Positions 45,150 through 57,859 of a DNA stretch of 64,000 nucleotides are shown one piece after another (the first letter of the stretch is position 1; each line of letters starts with the position of its first letter). Source of the DNA: the human T2T-CHM13v2.0 reference genome, Homo sapiens; NCBI RefSeq assembly GCF_009914755.1, contig NC_060930.1; one strand, written 5' to 3'. A model generated the notes under the pieces. The model saw only the letters and a program-made list of their open reading frames with translations. It searched no databases and had not been told where the DNA came from. Both the position numbers and the translations under genes were made by a program.

Positions 45150-48100
45150 AGAGGTGGAAGGAGGAGGAAGAACCACCACTGCGAGCTCGCCCCCTGGTCC
45201 ACCAGAAAATAGAGAATGAACAGCCGATTGAGCCCCAAAGGCAGGCCCAGGGATCCCCTACCGTGGTGGAGCACACTTCATATAGTGCCTACACCCCGAC
45301 TAAGTTGCGGGAGTTAGGCAGTGTCGGCAGCATCCGGGGAAGCCCCTACCTGCCTGGATGCTCCGCCTCTGGGAAGAAGGAGCTGAGAGTATTTCCTTTT
45401 CTGCAGCCAAGATGGAAAAGTTGGCTTATATCACAACTCACCCCCACCCCATCAGCAGTTGCAGGTGAGCAGGTGGTTGGCACAAGGGCAAGGTGACCAC
45501 ACCCTGACTGAATGGCTGATGGCAGCCATACGGACGGTGTGGAAGGATGCTGCAGAAATACCAGAAACTGTGAGTAAATGACAATCATATGCAAAGCTCG
45601 TGCAGGTAATTTAGGAGATGGGTATGCGGCAGGCTATGTTTGATTTAAATACCGAGAGAGCCGTATGATGAACGCTTTACCTCCCACATGAGGTACCTTG
45701 TGTTGGGCTCTGTACCCCTGAGTGCCCTCGGCTCTCTGACCACTGTCCTCACTCCATACGCTGTCCTTGTCACGTACATGAGGTGACTACTACCATGGCA
45801 GCCCTCAGGGAAGCAGAAAGCCAGCGGCAGCAGCAGGGAGTCTGTGCCATAAAGAAGGGGAAGGTATCCCTCCCACTGGCAGCCATCTCAGGGGACAAAA
45901 AGGGGCCCCAGTAGGTGACACGCCCGCAGATGTGGATTGATCTGATATTGGCTGGGGTTGTTCTGGAGAAAATTGATAGGCAACGCAATGAAGTGCTGTT
46001 AACTTTGTGGAGGCAATTGTCCTCGGAGCAGCAATTCTGGAAAATGCCCAAGAGGGGGCGGGACAATGCTGCCCCACCCAGTCCTGCCCGGATGCTCCAG
46101 CTCAAGGATTACTTGCAGACAGGCAGAGGAACAGAGCCTTTTGTGTTTGATTAGGGAACTGGCCAAGATGCCCGGCTTGGGGGGACACTGGATGACCAGA
46201 GGCCACATGTGGAATTGGCAATCCACTGGTCTCCCACCAATATACAGTAGATACTGGCACAGATTGTAGCCTCATCTATGGGAACGTGGATAAGTTTCTG
46301 GGCAAGGCTGCATACATAGACCACTATGGAGGCCAGTCAGTAAAATTGAAACCTGTATCTCTGCACCTCAGTATCAGCCGCTTGGCTCCCCACTTATACA
46401 CTACATATGTCTCTCATACCAGAATACATTCTGGGGGTGGACATTTTGCACAGTCTAGACTTACACACTATGGACAGAAAATTCAGACTCCAAGTACATG
46501 GGGTAAAGCTGGTACTACAGGGACATACACATCACCAGTCCCAGGTTCTGCCGCAATCCCAGCGGGTTAACTCCACTCATCAATACAGCTTGCCAGGTGT
46601 GCATACAGAGATAACTGAGACTATTCAGAAGTTAGAAGAGGCATAGAGAGTGCATGGCACCCACAGCTCCTACAATTCTCTAGTATGGCCAGTCAGAAAG
46701 CCTGATGGGACTTGGTGGATGACAGTAGACTATCGAGAACTACGTAAAGTAACACCCCCTTTACATGCAGCTATCCTGTCTACCACAGATTTGATGAAAT
46801 GCTTGATGATGGAATTGGGACAGTAACACTATGTAGTGGGCTTGACTAATGCATTCTTTTCAATTGACCTTACTCCAGAAAGCTGGGAACAGTTTGTTTC
46901 ACATAAGAAGGGCGACAATGGACTTTCACAGTGTTGCCGCAGGGCTATGTGCATAGCCCCAACATATGTCATGGTCTCATTGCCACAGATTTAGCTGCCT
47001 AGACATGTCTGAAGGGAATCTGCCTATTCCATTATATTGATGCTATTATGTTAACCTCTGATTCTGTTGTAGATTTAGAATTGGCAGCACCCCTCTTGCA
47101 AAAATCTTTGGCAGCATGCCGTTGGGCCATCAACGAATCCAAGGTCCAAGGTCCTGGATTGTCTGCCACATTCTTGGGCGTTATCTGGCTGGGTAAGACG
47201 AAAGCCATACCAGAGGCCATCACAGACAAAATTCAGGTACATCCCTGGCCCACCAAGATAAGGCAGCTAAAGACCTTTGTGGGCCTCCTAGGATATTGGT
47301 GGACATCCGTGCACCATTTAGCTCAAATGATAAAACTGTTGTACCGGTTGACAAAAAAGGGGGCTACGTGAGATTGGGATTATGACATCCCAATGAGACA
47401 GCCTTTCTGGCAGCCAAGCAGGCTATTCAGCAAGCATAGGCCCTGCAAGTGATTGACCAGGGGCACCCATTTGAACTCGATGTGCATGGGACAACAGATG
47501 GCTTTAGCTGGAGCCTATGGCAGTGCATGGAGCACTTTAGAACACCAGTAGGCTTTTGCTCCCAACTTTGGAAGGGAGCCGAGCTCTGGTATTCATTGAT
47601 AGAGAAGCAATTAGCAGCTATATATGCTGCCCTTCAGCCTTGTGAGAGTTTGACAGAAAAGGCTATAGTCATCGTGCAGACGACTTACCCAATAGTGGGG
47701 TGGATATGTTCATGGGTGAAACCCTCCAGACTGGGATGGCACAGACATCCACTTTAGCAAAGTGGGATGCCTACTTAGAACAGCAGAGTACCTTGAGTTC
47801 CAGCCCCTTAGCAGCAGAATTACGAGAAATCTTGGGACCTGTAGTCCTAATGCAAGATAAGGCCATGGATCGGCCTGAGACACCCCTGGACCCCGAGCCA
47901 TCGCCATTTAAGAAAGGGTGCCTCCCCATTCCTAATGAGGCATAGTTTAGCCAGAGTGCCACTGCTACCTGGACTCCTGTCATGGTCCAGCCTAGTATTG
48001 ATACCATATGGTTTGACACCGCATGTGGACAAAGTAGTCAATGGGCTGAACTCAAGGCAATGTAGATGGTGATCACCAAGGAGACACCTATGGTAAGTAA

Positions 48101-50644
48101 TCTGCACTGATAGCTTGGCAGTTTATCAAGATCTAACATTGTGGTGAACTACCTGGAAGTCACAGAATTAGTTTGTTGGCCACCAACCCATTTGGGGCCA
48201 AGACATGTGGCAAGACATACGGGAAATGTGCCAACGAAAGGGTGTAACTCTCTATCATGTGACAGGTCATGTGCCTTTGGCTGCCCCTGGCAATGACAAG
48301 GCAGATGCCTTGGCCAGAGTCCAGTGGTTGGAGTGAACACCTATATGAGATGTGGCCCTATGGCTACACTGGAAATTAGGCTGTATGGGGGGTAAACTGA
48401 TGCAACAGAGCACTGGGGTCTGTTCTTGCCCAGGCAGGATATTTGGGAGGCCTGTGGTAAGTATCCAGCATGCACACAGGCATACCCCAGATGGAGGCAG
48501 CTGCCCAGTGTCATGTAACAAGTGATGATAGGGCAGATTCCCTTGACCAGATGGCAGATAGATTACACTGGGCCGCTGCCAAAATTGCAGGGATACACAC
48601 ATGTGCTGATGTCTGTAGACACGGCCACTGGCCTGTTGTTCACCTACCTTGTAGGGTGGCTGACCGACAACATACCATTCAGGACCTGCAACACTTGTGT
48701 GCTCTGTATAGTTGCCACTTAGCCATTGAAAGTGATAGAGGAACACATTTCACTGGACAGCAGATAAACAGTGGGCATGGCAGACGGACATATAGTGGGG
48801 ATTTCATGTTCCATATAATCCACAGGCTGCTGGCATGATTGAACAATATAATGGACTCTTGAAAAGTGGGTTACACTTGCATGTTACTCCCCCGTCTTTG
48901 CAGGGCTGGAGTTCAAGTTTGGACCTGGTGCTCCAGAACTTGAATGAGCGGCCATGAAAAGGTGGCCCAGCCATGGTGGAGATACTGCTACACCAGGCTG
49001 CTGCCTCCATTCAGTTACAGATACACACAAAGGATGACCTCCTCCAACCAGGTATGGGGACAAACAGTAATCTATTGTTGCCTGCCCCAACACCTCTAAA
49101 GGTAAGAGAACAAAAAACCTGGCTTTGGCCATGGGCCCTCAAAGACCCCCACTGCAAGTGGTTGGCCATCGTAGGCCCCTGGGAGAAAGGTCTACAGTAT
49201 GATTTACATGTCACTCCTTGGGTACTTGATATATAGTATCCACAATTGACCATTCATGGGGGAACAACCAAGAAAAGAACCCTCCTGTAGGGGACATATG
49301 TGCTGTCTGTGTAGCCTATTATAAGCTCCCCAGTAACTTTAGCATGAATACAGAACCCAAAGGAACCATGGGGAACTGAAAAGGTATGGTACCATTGTCC
49401 AGGAGAGAAGCCCCTGGCAGCTGCACTACTATCCAGAAATGAAGAGTTGGCCTGTATTTTGCCTGAGGAGCGTGATTTACCCCGTTAGTATCTGTGCCTG
49501 CTTTGTTGTTTCGACCATACGTTGACATGCTCCAACAGCATTGTGGAATGGGTCCACACCTACACTGAAGTGACTAACATTTCCAGTTAGTAAATCTGCA
49601 CCACCCTTCCAGCAGCAGCTGTGGACAGCTTGCCCTGGCACATATACCCAGCTTCTATAGACAACTGGACATGGCTAGAGACTTAGGGTCCCATGGGCAA
49701 TGCCTGGAATGTGACACGGCAAGCTTTGGATAGGGGGTGCCACAAAACCCATGACATGCCAGCCCCCTGGCTCACCTGTAGTGTCTATGATGGATGGGGC
49801 TGGTTAGTGAGAAAACACGTGGTGCCCCTGCCACAGGTACCACAATGTATAGAGCAACGTTGGGATAGCATCACCATGCGGTGGTTGCCCACCATAGCCT
49901 GCACAAGGTGCGGTGGAATAAGTGGCCTCATCAAGGACTTTGTGCCCCCTGGGAGTTTATGGGTCTGTGGAGACACAGGTTGGCCAAATATTTGCCAGTG
50001 AACTAGACTGGCTGCTGTGGCCGGTGAACTAGACTGGCTGCCACTGAGCTTCCCACATTGTCTAGATGCCCACACGACTGGAAGGTGCTACATTCTTGGA
50101 TTTTGCTAGTGCGTCAGGCCCCATGGTTGCTCTCCCCCTTAGATTTGACCATCCCTGGAGCGGGTGTCATCACTGTAGAAACGCAGGTTACAGCCCTTGC
50201 AGAGCACCCAGCTCAGGCCCTGAATTATACCTGAGTCATCCTCCTCCTGTTAACCAATGAGGTTGATAAAACCAGAAAGGTGGTGCTGCAAAACCAGATG
50301 GCCTTAGATATATAGTAACAGCTGCCCAAAGTGGCACCTGTGCCCTTATAGGAACGCAGTGTTGTACCTTTATTCCAGACAATCAACAAAACATAACAGC
50401 AGCCTTACAAGGGATGTCACAGGAGATTAAAACAGTTGAGAGCCTTACTGACAATCCTCTACAGAGATGGTGGGCGTGCCTGGGCTCTGGCCTATGTTAG
50501 GCCCTGATAATCATAGGCAGCATAGCAGAAACATTAGTCGTAGGTTGCTGCTCCCTGTATTGTTGCTGTGGCCTATGGGTCCAGGGTGCTGCCTTATGGG
50601 CACGTTTCCCCACTAAGAGGACACCCTCGGCTTAGGGGTTGGAG
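45150..50644 (+). mobile_element. HERV-S/HERVL18 internal region (partial gag, pro, pol, env), defective, lacking the 5' LTR
   Basis: Protease EYILGVDIL. RT LPQGYVHSP and YIDA (degenerate YIDD) near 46935-47045. RNase H-like ELDVH...YSLIEKQL. Integrase WQIDYTGPLP, ESDRGTHFTG, GMIEQYNGLLK. Env TM LQNQMALD and CALIGTQCC. Confidence 0.88.
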
Positions 50645-50960
50645 TGTAAGGAAACTGCCTGTGCAGCAGTCAAGAGTAGGCCCAGGTAAATATCCAGTGC
50701 AGCATGACCCAGCGGGATTGGAGTGCAGGCACACAATCTTGTGCATTATATAGTCACAGTTATGAAACCATGTTATGGGTGGGCTCGTCACCTGACTCTG
50801 AGCCACTATTGTCTGTGAGGTGCATAAATGTATCACCGACACTGTGAGAGTGGCAGTGCGTAATAAAGCCATGTCCCGCCTGCCTATGGCCCCCCAAGTG
50901 TTCTTTCAACTACCCGCCCACCAACTCCCCTTGGACCTCAGCTCAGGTTGGAACCTGACA
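50645..50960 (+). mobile_element. 3' LTR (LTR18 family, 316 bp)
   Basis: Purine-rich tract AGGGGTTGGAG, then TGTAAGGAAA...AATAAA...GGAACCTGACA; resembles the remembered LTR18 consensus. Confidence 0.85.
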
Positions 50961-52774
50961 GGATGTCAAAGCAAAGATGGGGTATATGAAAGTGGAGCCA
51001 GGCAAGACAAAAGCAGATAGAGTCTGAGTTAGATGCTGGTCTGATGGGAGAATATCTCCTGGGTGGGATTATCCAACTGAAAGAGTATAATTTTGACAAT
51101 ATAGTATATTTGACAAATAGGCAATTCTGGAATATGTCACTATCAGTGTCTACAAAAAAATCTGAAGGAATAAAGTAGAAATACAAAGAATAATGTAAAG
51201 GAAAAAACTCAATTATATCAAGCAAACAGTGCTGTAGAAGAAAAGGAAACAACGTACAAAGTAATTTAAACTTAAAAATTCAGCTGAGCTTCACTGAAGG
51301 TGTATACTGGAATGGTAGAGAGAAATGAAACTAGAGACAAATCTCCTACAGCTACAGAAAAATACATGGGAGAAAATAATGTTACTGAAGAGTTGAAACA
51401 TTTAAAAACTGAGCACAAAGTTTTAAACAGCAGGCCCCTAAAGAGTACAGATTTCAGAATAACCAAAAGAAACTTCAGTTCAGAAAGCTATTAAGGGTGA
51501 TTCTCAGATACTAAGAAAAAATTTTGTTCTAGTAGCAAGTTTCTGGGCTTAAGCAATTAATACTGAAAAAAATGAACAGGTTCAGGGTGGAAAATGCTTG
51601 CTCACAAAATATTGGAACACTGTAACGTTAAGTGGATTTCATGCCTATTAAACTTTGGGGTGCCTGAGGCACATGACTCAAGGGAGAAATATAAATTAAA
51701 AGAGTTTAAGTATGCAGAAGAAAAATAAAAGCACCTGAAATGAGACTCATAGGCCAAAACCACCACCATTATAATTTCTGAGCTACAAAAAAATATATAG
51801 AGTGCATGCATAGGTTTCCCTCCCCAATTCTAATCATAGGATAGTGACAAAATGGACTCTTGGTAGCAGAGATCTCAGGCTTTCAGATTCACTGCTCATG
51901 GATTTGAAAGAACTGAAATCATAGGCAGGAGTCACAGCAAGTTTGAACTAAGAAAAATATCGCCATCTAACTTCCTTCTCTTAAATACTGTTGAGACTTC
52001 AGCAACACTAGGTACATGGTCCTGGATACACACTTCTGTTTGAGATCAGTGGTCTATGAAATGGGAATTGACCCATTTTCCAACTGAACAGATGCGGAAT
52101 TGGTGCTTGGATAATTTTTTTGTTCTATTAATGCGTTGGACACTTTTTCAAAAATGCAAAGGTATAAAAAATGTAACAGATACAACTGAAAGAAACCCAC
52201 ATATTTATATGAAAAAATTTGGCCACAGATGCTAAAGAAAACCTAACTCTACCCAGGCCAGGAAGAGAAATTGGGAAAGACTTGAAGTCCTTTTATTTTC
52301 ATTTTACTTAAGCAATATAATTTGATTTGGGACTTGAAATCCATGGAATCTCCCTGGAAATTGTACAATTAGAAGGCAGTTACACTCAAATTTGGAATAT
52401 CTCTGTGTTGATGGAAGTTTATTACCAGAATATCATAATGTCTCATTCATTCTTATTGCAAAATTCTGACAAGCAATGTTGGACATTATGGTCAGCCCTA
52501 GGTGTGAAGTGCTCATTTAATTAGCAAAAAGTTCTGACCTATATCAGAGCCATCTGGGTGCTAAATCTACACTGACAATTAATGATTCCAGAAGGATCAA
52601 TAATTGGTACAGGGGGAGTGGCCTCATGAAGAGGGAAGCTGTCTCAAGAAGTCTATCTTCTCCTCCAGGAGGAAAAGCCATACTCCTGATTGAGCATAGG
52701 CTTATTGGTTAAACTTGATGGGTGAAAAGCAACAAAAGCAACAAGAACAGTAACGATCTAAGATGATGGCAGAG

Positions 52775-53138
52775 CATCTTGGTCCTTTCAGGCTGCTAAA
52801 ACAAAATACCACAAACTAGCTACCTTTTAAACAACAAAAATGTATTTATCATTGTTTTGGAGGCTGAGAAGTCCAAGACCAAGGCACCTGGCAGGTTCAG
52901 TGCCTGGTGAGGGCCTGCTTCTTCATAGACAGCTGTCTTCTCGCTTTATCTTCACACGGTGGAAAGGCAAGGGGTCTCTCTGGGGCCTCTTTTATAAAAA
53001 CACTAATCTCATTCATGAAGGCTCTGCTCCCATAAAGTAATTACCTCCCAAATGCCCTACATCCCAATACCATAACCTTGGGGGTGGGGATTTCCACATA
53101 CACATTTTGGGGGGATGTAAACATTCAGACCACAGCAC
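52775..53138 (-). mobile_element. MLT1A/MST-like solo LTR
   Basis: GGCTGCTAAAACAAAATACCACAAACT...TGGAGGCTGAGAAGTCCAAGA...ACATTCAGACCACAGCA. Confidence 0.85.
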
Positions 53139-54699
53139 AGAGGCTGAGGGAAACTGAGTATATTATTAGATTGACAAATATGGGACAAGAAACCGGACAA
53201 GCAGAGCTGAGATCTTTTCCCTTTCCTCCTCCTTTTTGGGAACCAATCTGCCTGCAGAGGGCACATATTATGGTCTATCTTTAACACAAATGTAATTTTA
53301 CAACTCTGCTACCTGGGAGGAGGCCTGCCATAGTCCAGACAGGCCTGTGGATGAGAAAATCTGCCTGTTTATGGGCAGTAATATTCAGCATTTTTGAGGT
53401 TCACTATCTTTGCCAAACACCCAAGACAAGTGTCCCAACAGCTCTAGCAATAACAAAGCAAACATTTAAATCCTCCTCAGCTAGATTTCGTTGTCTATCT
53501 CAATTGAATCAGAATTAAGAAAAAGGGTTTGGAGAGATGTTATGTACTGTTCCTCTCCAAATCCCAAATATTTCCAGTTCTTAAAGCACAACCACACCCT
53601 GTTTTGTCACACCAGACAGCTCTATTACCTGCCTAACCAAAGTAAGCATTTGAGTGTGACCTCTGGACCAGAGTAATAAAAATAATTAAAATATTAAATG
53701 TTTACTAGTGCAAGGACCTACACTGTTATTATTTCTGTGGTAGGGAGGAGGGAATTAAGGCTTAGTGCTTATACATTATCCAAGGTCACAAAGCTAGAAA
53801 GAAGGAAAGCCAGAACTGGAACCCAGCTTTTCCTGACTTGGGAACCCTCAGTATTCTCACACTTTGTTTAGTCCATGACAAAAATATCTTGATCATTTAT
53901 TTCTATCACCCCCCAAAAAATCCCAAATTTTTAAAACTTTTTCTAGTGGAAAAGATCGGGAATCTTAAAGCACTTAGAGCATCACTGCCTAGAAAAGCAC
54001 AGACATGTGCCAGCACATTCTCAGCACTCAAGTAATATCTGCTCATTCTTATTTATAATGTCTAAGAGAGATTCATGTAACTCCACCCAGCCTTTAGTCT
54101 CCAAATCCATTTTTCCAATTTTTCTTCCTTCTATGAGATATATCATTCCCCTGCACAGGCCACTATGTCAATTTGGAATCCACTTTCCTTCACATAATCT
54201 GTTAAGTCAGCATCTCCTGCTGATTTTTCTTTGAGAATATTCCTCCCATGAATCTTTTCATTGCATGACTACCACTACAATTAACCTAAGTCTCTAAAGG
54301 TCTAAATGATTATTTTAGACCTTAAAACATCACAAAAGCATTTTAAGTGGATTTCAATTTCTAGATTCCCAATTACAATACATTTGACAGAGTCCATATT
54401 TCCTTTACACAAACCACTTACTGTATTCTGATTGACTTTAAACTAACGTCCACATGCTTTGTTCATGGTCTGGCCCCTACATCTCTAATATAATACTCTA
54501 CTAACTCCCTAGTCAAAGACTCAAATCCAGACAAACTGCTTTACTCATTTTTCCCTGAATATATGTTTACATTACTTTCTCTTAAGTGAAATATGAAAAA
54601 TATGATAAACCAATAATATATATAAATGGGCTCACCATCATTCACAACTATAGATACTTTAATTAAAACAATGAAATACATTTTTAATTGAGTAGCTAT

Positions 54700-55240
54700 G
54701 CAAAGATGCTAAGGGATAAATTCTAGGATTTGATAGCACAGTAAGGTGACTACAGTTAATAATTTATTGTGTATTTCAAAATGGCTAAAAGAAAGATTTA
54801 AAATGCTCCCAACACAAAGAAATAATAAGTGTTTAAGGTGATGGATATCCTAAATACCCTGATTTGATCATTACACATTGTATGTCTATATCAGATTATC
54901 GCACATACCCCATGTGATATGTGCAATTATTACATATCAATAACAAAATACATATGTACAATTATTATGTATCAATAACAAAAATAAAAAATATTGAAAA
55001 GTTGCATTGAATTGGACAAACACACATTCACACACAAATGAGTGTGTATATGACTGGTGAAAGCTGAATAAACTATGGGTTGCATCAATGTTAATTTCCT
55101 AGTTTTGATATTATGTTATAGATGTTAACATTAGGGAATTTTAGGTAAAGGGTGCAGTACATGGGATTCCCCACACATATCTTTACCACTTCCTATAAAT
55201 ATATAATTATTTCTTATAAACATGTAATTATTTCAAAATG
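54700..55240 (+). mobile_element. L1MA and L1MC 3' end fragments
   Basis: GGTGATGGATATCCTAAATACCCTGATTTGATCATTACACATTG; TGGTGAAAGCTGAATAA...GATGTTAACATTAGGG. Confidence 0.8.
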
Positions 55241-55469
55241 AAGGTAAAGATTGTGAAATTCTTACCAAAATAGAAAGCTGAATACTGTTAATACTTTAAG
55301 AGGAGTGTAAATGCTATATAAATGTTTTAGGATTGCTAAAATATGTTTGTATAATCTTATAAACTCTTAACAAATCTAGTGTAAACAGCCAACAATAAAA
55401 AGAACAAGTTGCAGAATAGATGAACGGTTGTATCTCATTTATGTAAAATATGTACATATTTATTGACTA

Positions 55470-55784
<315 letters not shown>

Positions 55785-56428
55785 TCAAGAATATCCACTC
55801 CTACCTGTTAATAATGCTTACCTCTAGAGAATGTGATAGAGCTGGAGAAAAAGAGAGTGGAATTTTATTTTTTACATTAATACAATTCTATATTGCTTAA
55901 CTTTTTTGGTATTGCTGTATTTTTGATGTAATCTAAAATTAATTAGGAGGATAATGAAACAGAAGAAATTGAAAGAGAAAGAAGGAACTGCCTCCTCTAA
56001 GCCTTTGCTCATCCCATTCCTTCAATGCCTATTTTAAAACATTTTTTCCTGCATGAGATCTCAACAGAACTCAGAACACCAGAGGTATTTTACTTATTGT
56101 CTAACACTATACATTTGAGACTTAGAAAGTCTTTCTTAAAATATTAGACTCTAGAATTACAGATTTTTCAAGAAGTGTTTACCATGATAATACTAATGCC
56201 TTATATTTGCAAAAAGAGGGGTTATTCACAAGTTATCTCGTTACTTTATCTGCCATTAGAAAGAAAAGAATAAAGAAAATGCTCACTGGAAAAACACAGA
56301 CCTTAATTCAGTACCATAGTCTTAAACTTCTGGGTCAGTCAATCAGTCAGAAGAAAAAATAATGCAACCTTAAAGAATTAATGCAAATTTAATGAATGAA
56401 GATTTGGGGATTATTTGAACATAGCTAC

Positions 56429-56850
56429 TTCTTTCAGAAAAGCAAGATAAGTTTTAGAAATTATTAAAATTCTCATATTAACACCCAAAAAGTGATTCTG
56501 TCCAGAGATACTAGTCCAGTGCTCATTAATCCACTGTTGTATAACTTTCTGCAAAATAATGCCCTGTCCTCCTGTGGCAGCTTCTTTCCTATGCGACAAA
56601 CATCCTCAAAAGTATTTGCAGTAGAGGGAAGAGATTCCAAAATGTATATGCCACTGCATTCAGACTTCCTGTGTCTTTCACCGATGTTTGGGCAACGATA
56701 AGGATTGTTCAATGTTTGTGAAGACACAGCAGCAGTACATATCTTCAGGAGTTCATCTGAAGTACTTAAATGTAGATATATCTTCCATTCTACGCTGGTA
56801 CCTGTATAATTGATCTTGATATTTGGATATTTATCATTCACTTGAAAAAA
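56429..56850 (-). pseudogene. Large pseudogene exon, probable frameshift near 56585; 3' boundary uncertain
   Basis: Strong acceptor tttctttcag|, phase 0. Translation FFQVNDKYPNIKINYTGTSVEWKIYLHLSTSDELLKICTAAV...IYILESLPSTANTFEDVCRIG, then an overlapping frame KEAATGGQGIILQKVIQQWINEHWTSISGQNHF (ORFs 56473-56841 and 56411-56599). Confidence 0.7.
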
Positions 56851-57545
56851 CTGAAAGAAATAGATCTGATATATATCAAAACTTTATTCACTGAGGGCTA
56901 AGAATTAATTTTATAATAACATCAAAATTATACCTGCATTTTACTATATCCTAAGCAATTATTGTATAAATCTGAGTATCTGAAAGATATGACATATCAT
57001 CTCAAGTATTACATTACAGTAGAGAGATAGAAGAAGATTCGGTTTTATTCAGATTCCAAATAAAATGTAGGGTCTTTCAGAACTTTCTGTTGATTTTCCA
57101 ATATAACTGTGCCTTGTGCACCATCTAGAGGAAAGATGTTAAATTTATACTGAGCAGAAACACTTGCATTGGTTGTGGAGACAAATTGAACAATCTCACC
57201 ATGAGAGTTATAAACTAAAAACTATTTCATCTACCTAAGATGATTTTCATGTAGTCTTGCTGGAATATGAATTCCCATCTTATGTAGATGAAGTTAGATA
57301 TCAGTTGGAATCTACCACGAATATTTATAGTTGCAATTACTTTAAACTATTACTTGAATATAATTTAAATTTTAATTTCCCTTGGTAAATTAGAGGGCCT
57401 ACAGCTAGATTTTCTTCTAATATTAAACTAAAGGTTATTTATTTAAAATTAAATATAACACTGTGTTATCCATAGTTTAAACAACCAAGAAAAACCCCTC
57501 TTTTATTTTCAATATTAAAAAAAAGACAAGCTCTGTTTTACTGAC

Positions 57546-57775
57546 AAGGAAATCAAAATGTGGATTAGAAAAACTTTCAGACCTAAGTGTTCTATTACCA
57601 AAAAAGAGACAAGAAAAGAATTGAACTTCATCATCAAACACTTTTTCCAAATATCTTTCCAAGCTTCCTAGAATCCATAGAGCAAAGTGAGTTAAATCAA
57701 TGCTTGCACTGTCTTCTATTAGTAAATATGTGTAATATGCAACTCTGTCTTTATAGTAGATACTCAAGTTATTTC
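57546..57775 (-). pseudogene. Exon (230 nt, phase 1-0), open frame
   Basis: Acceptor tattgttag|; translation GNNLSIYYKDRVAYYTYLLIEDSASIDLTHFALWILGSLERYLEKVFDDEVQFFSCLFFGNRTLRSESFSNPHFDFL; donor gtcagt; splices in frame to 56850. Confidence 0.7.
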
Positions 57776-57859
57776 CTAACAATAATTGTTACAATTGCTT
57801 TTAAACACAATTTTTTTAAATGAGATGAGGTCCCTTATTGTCTTACTATGCTGTATCAA

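Noticed and set aside
50961-52560. Possible CR1/L3 relic or further exons
   Set aside because: Too degenerate to assign by eye.
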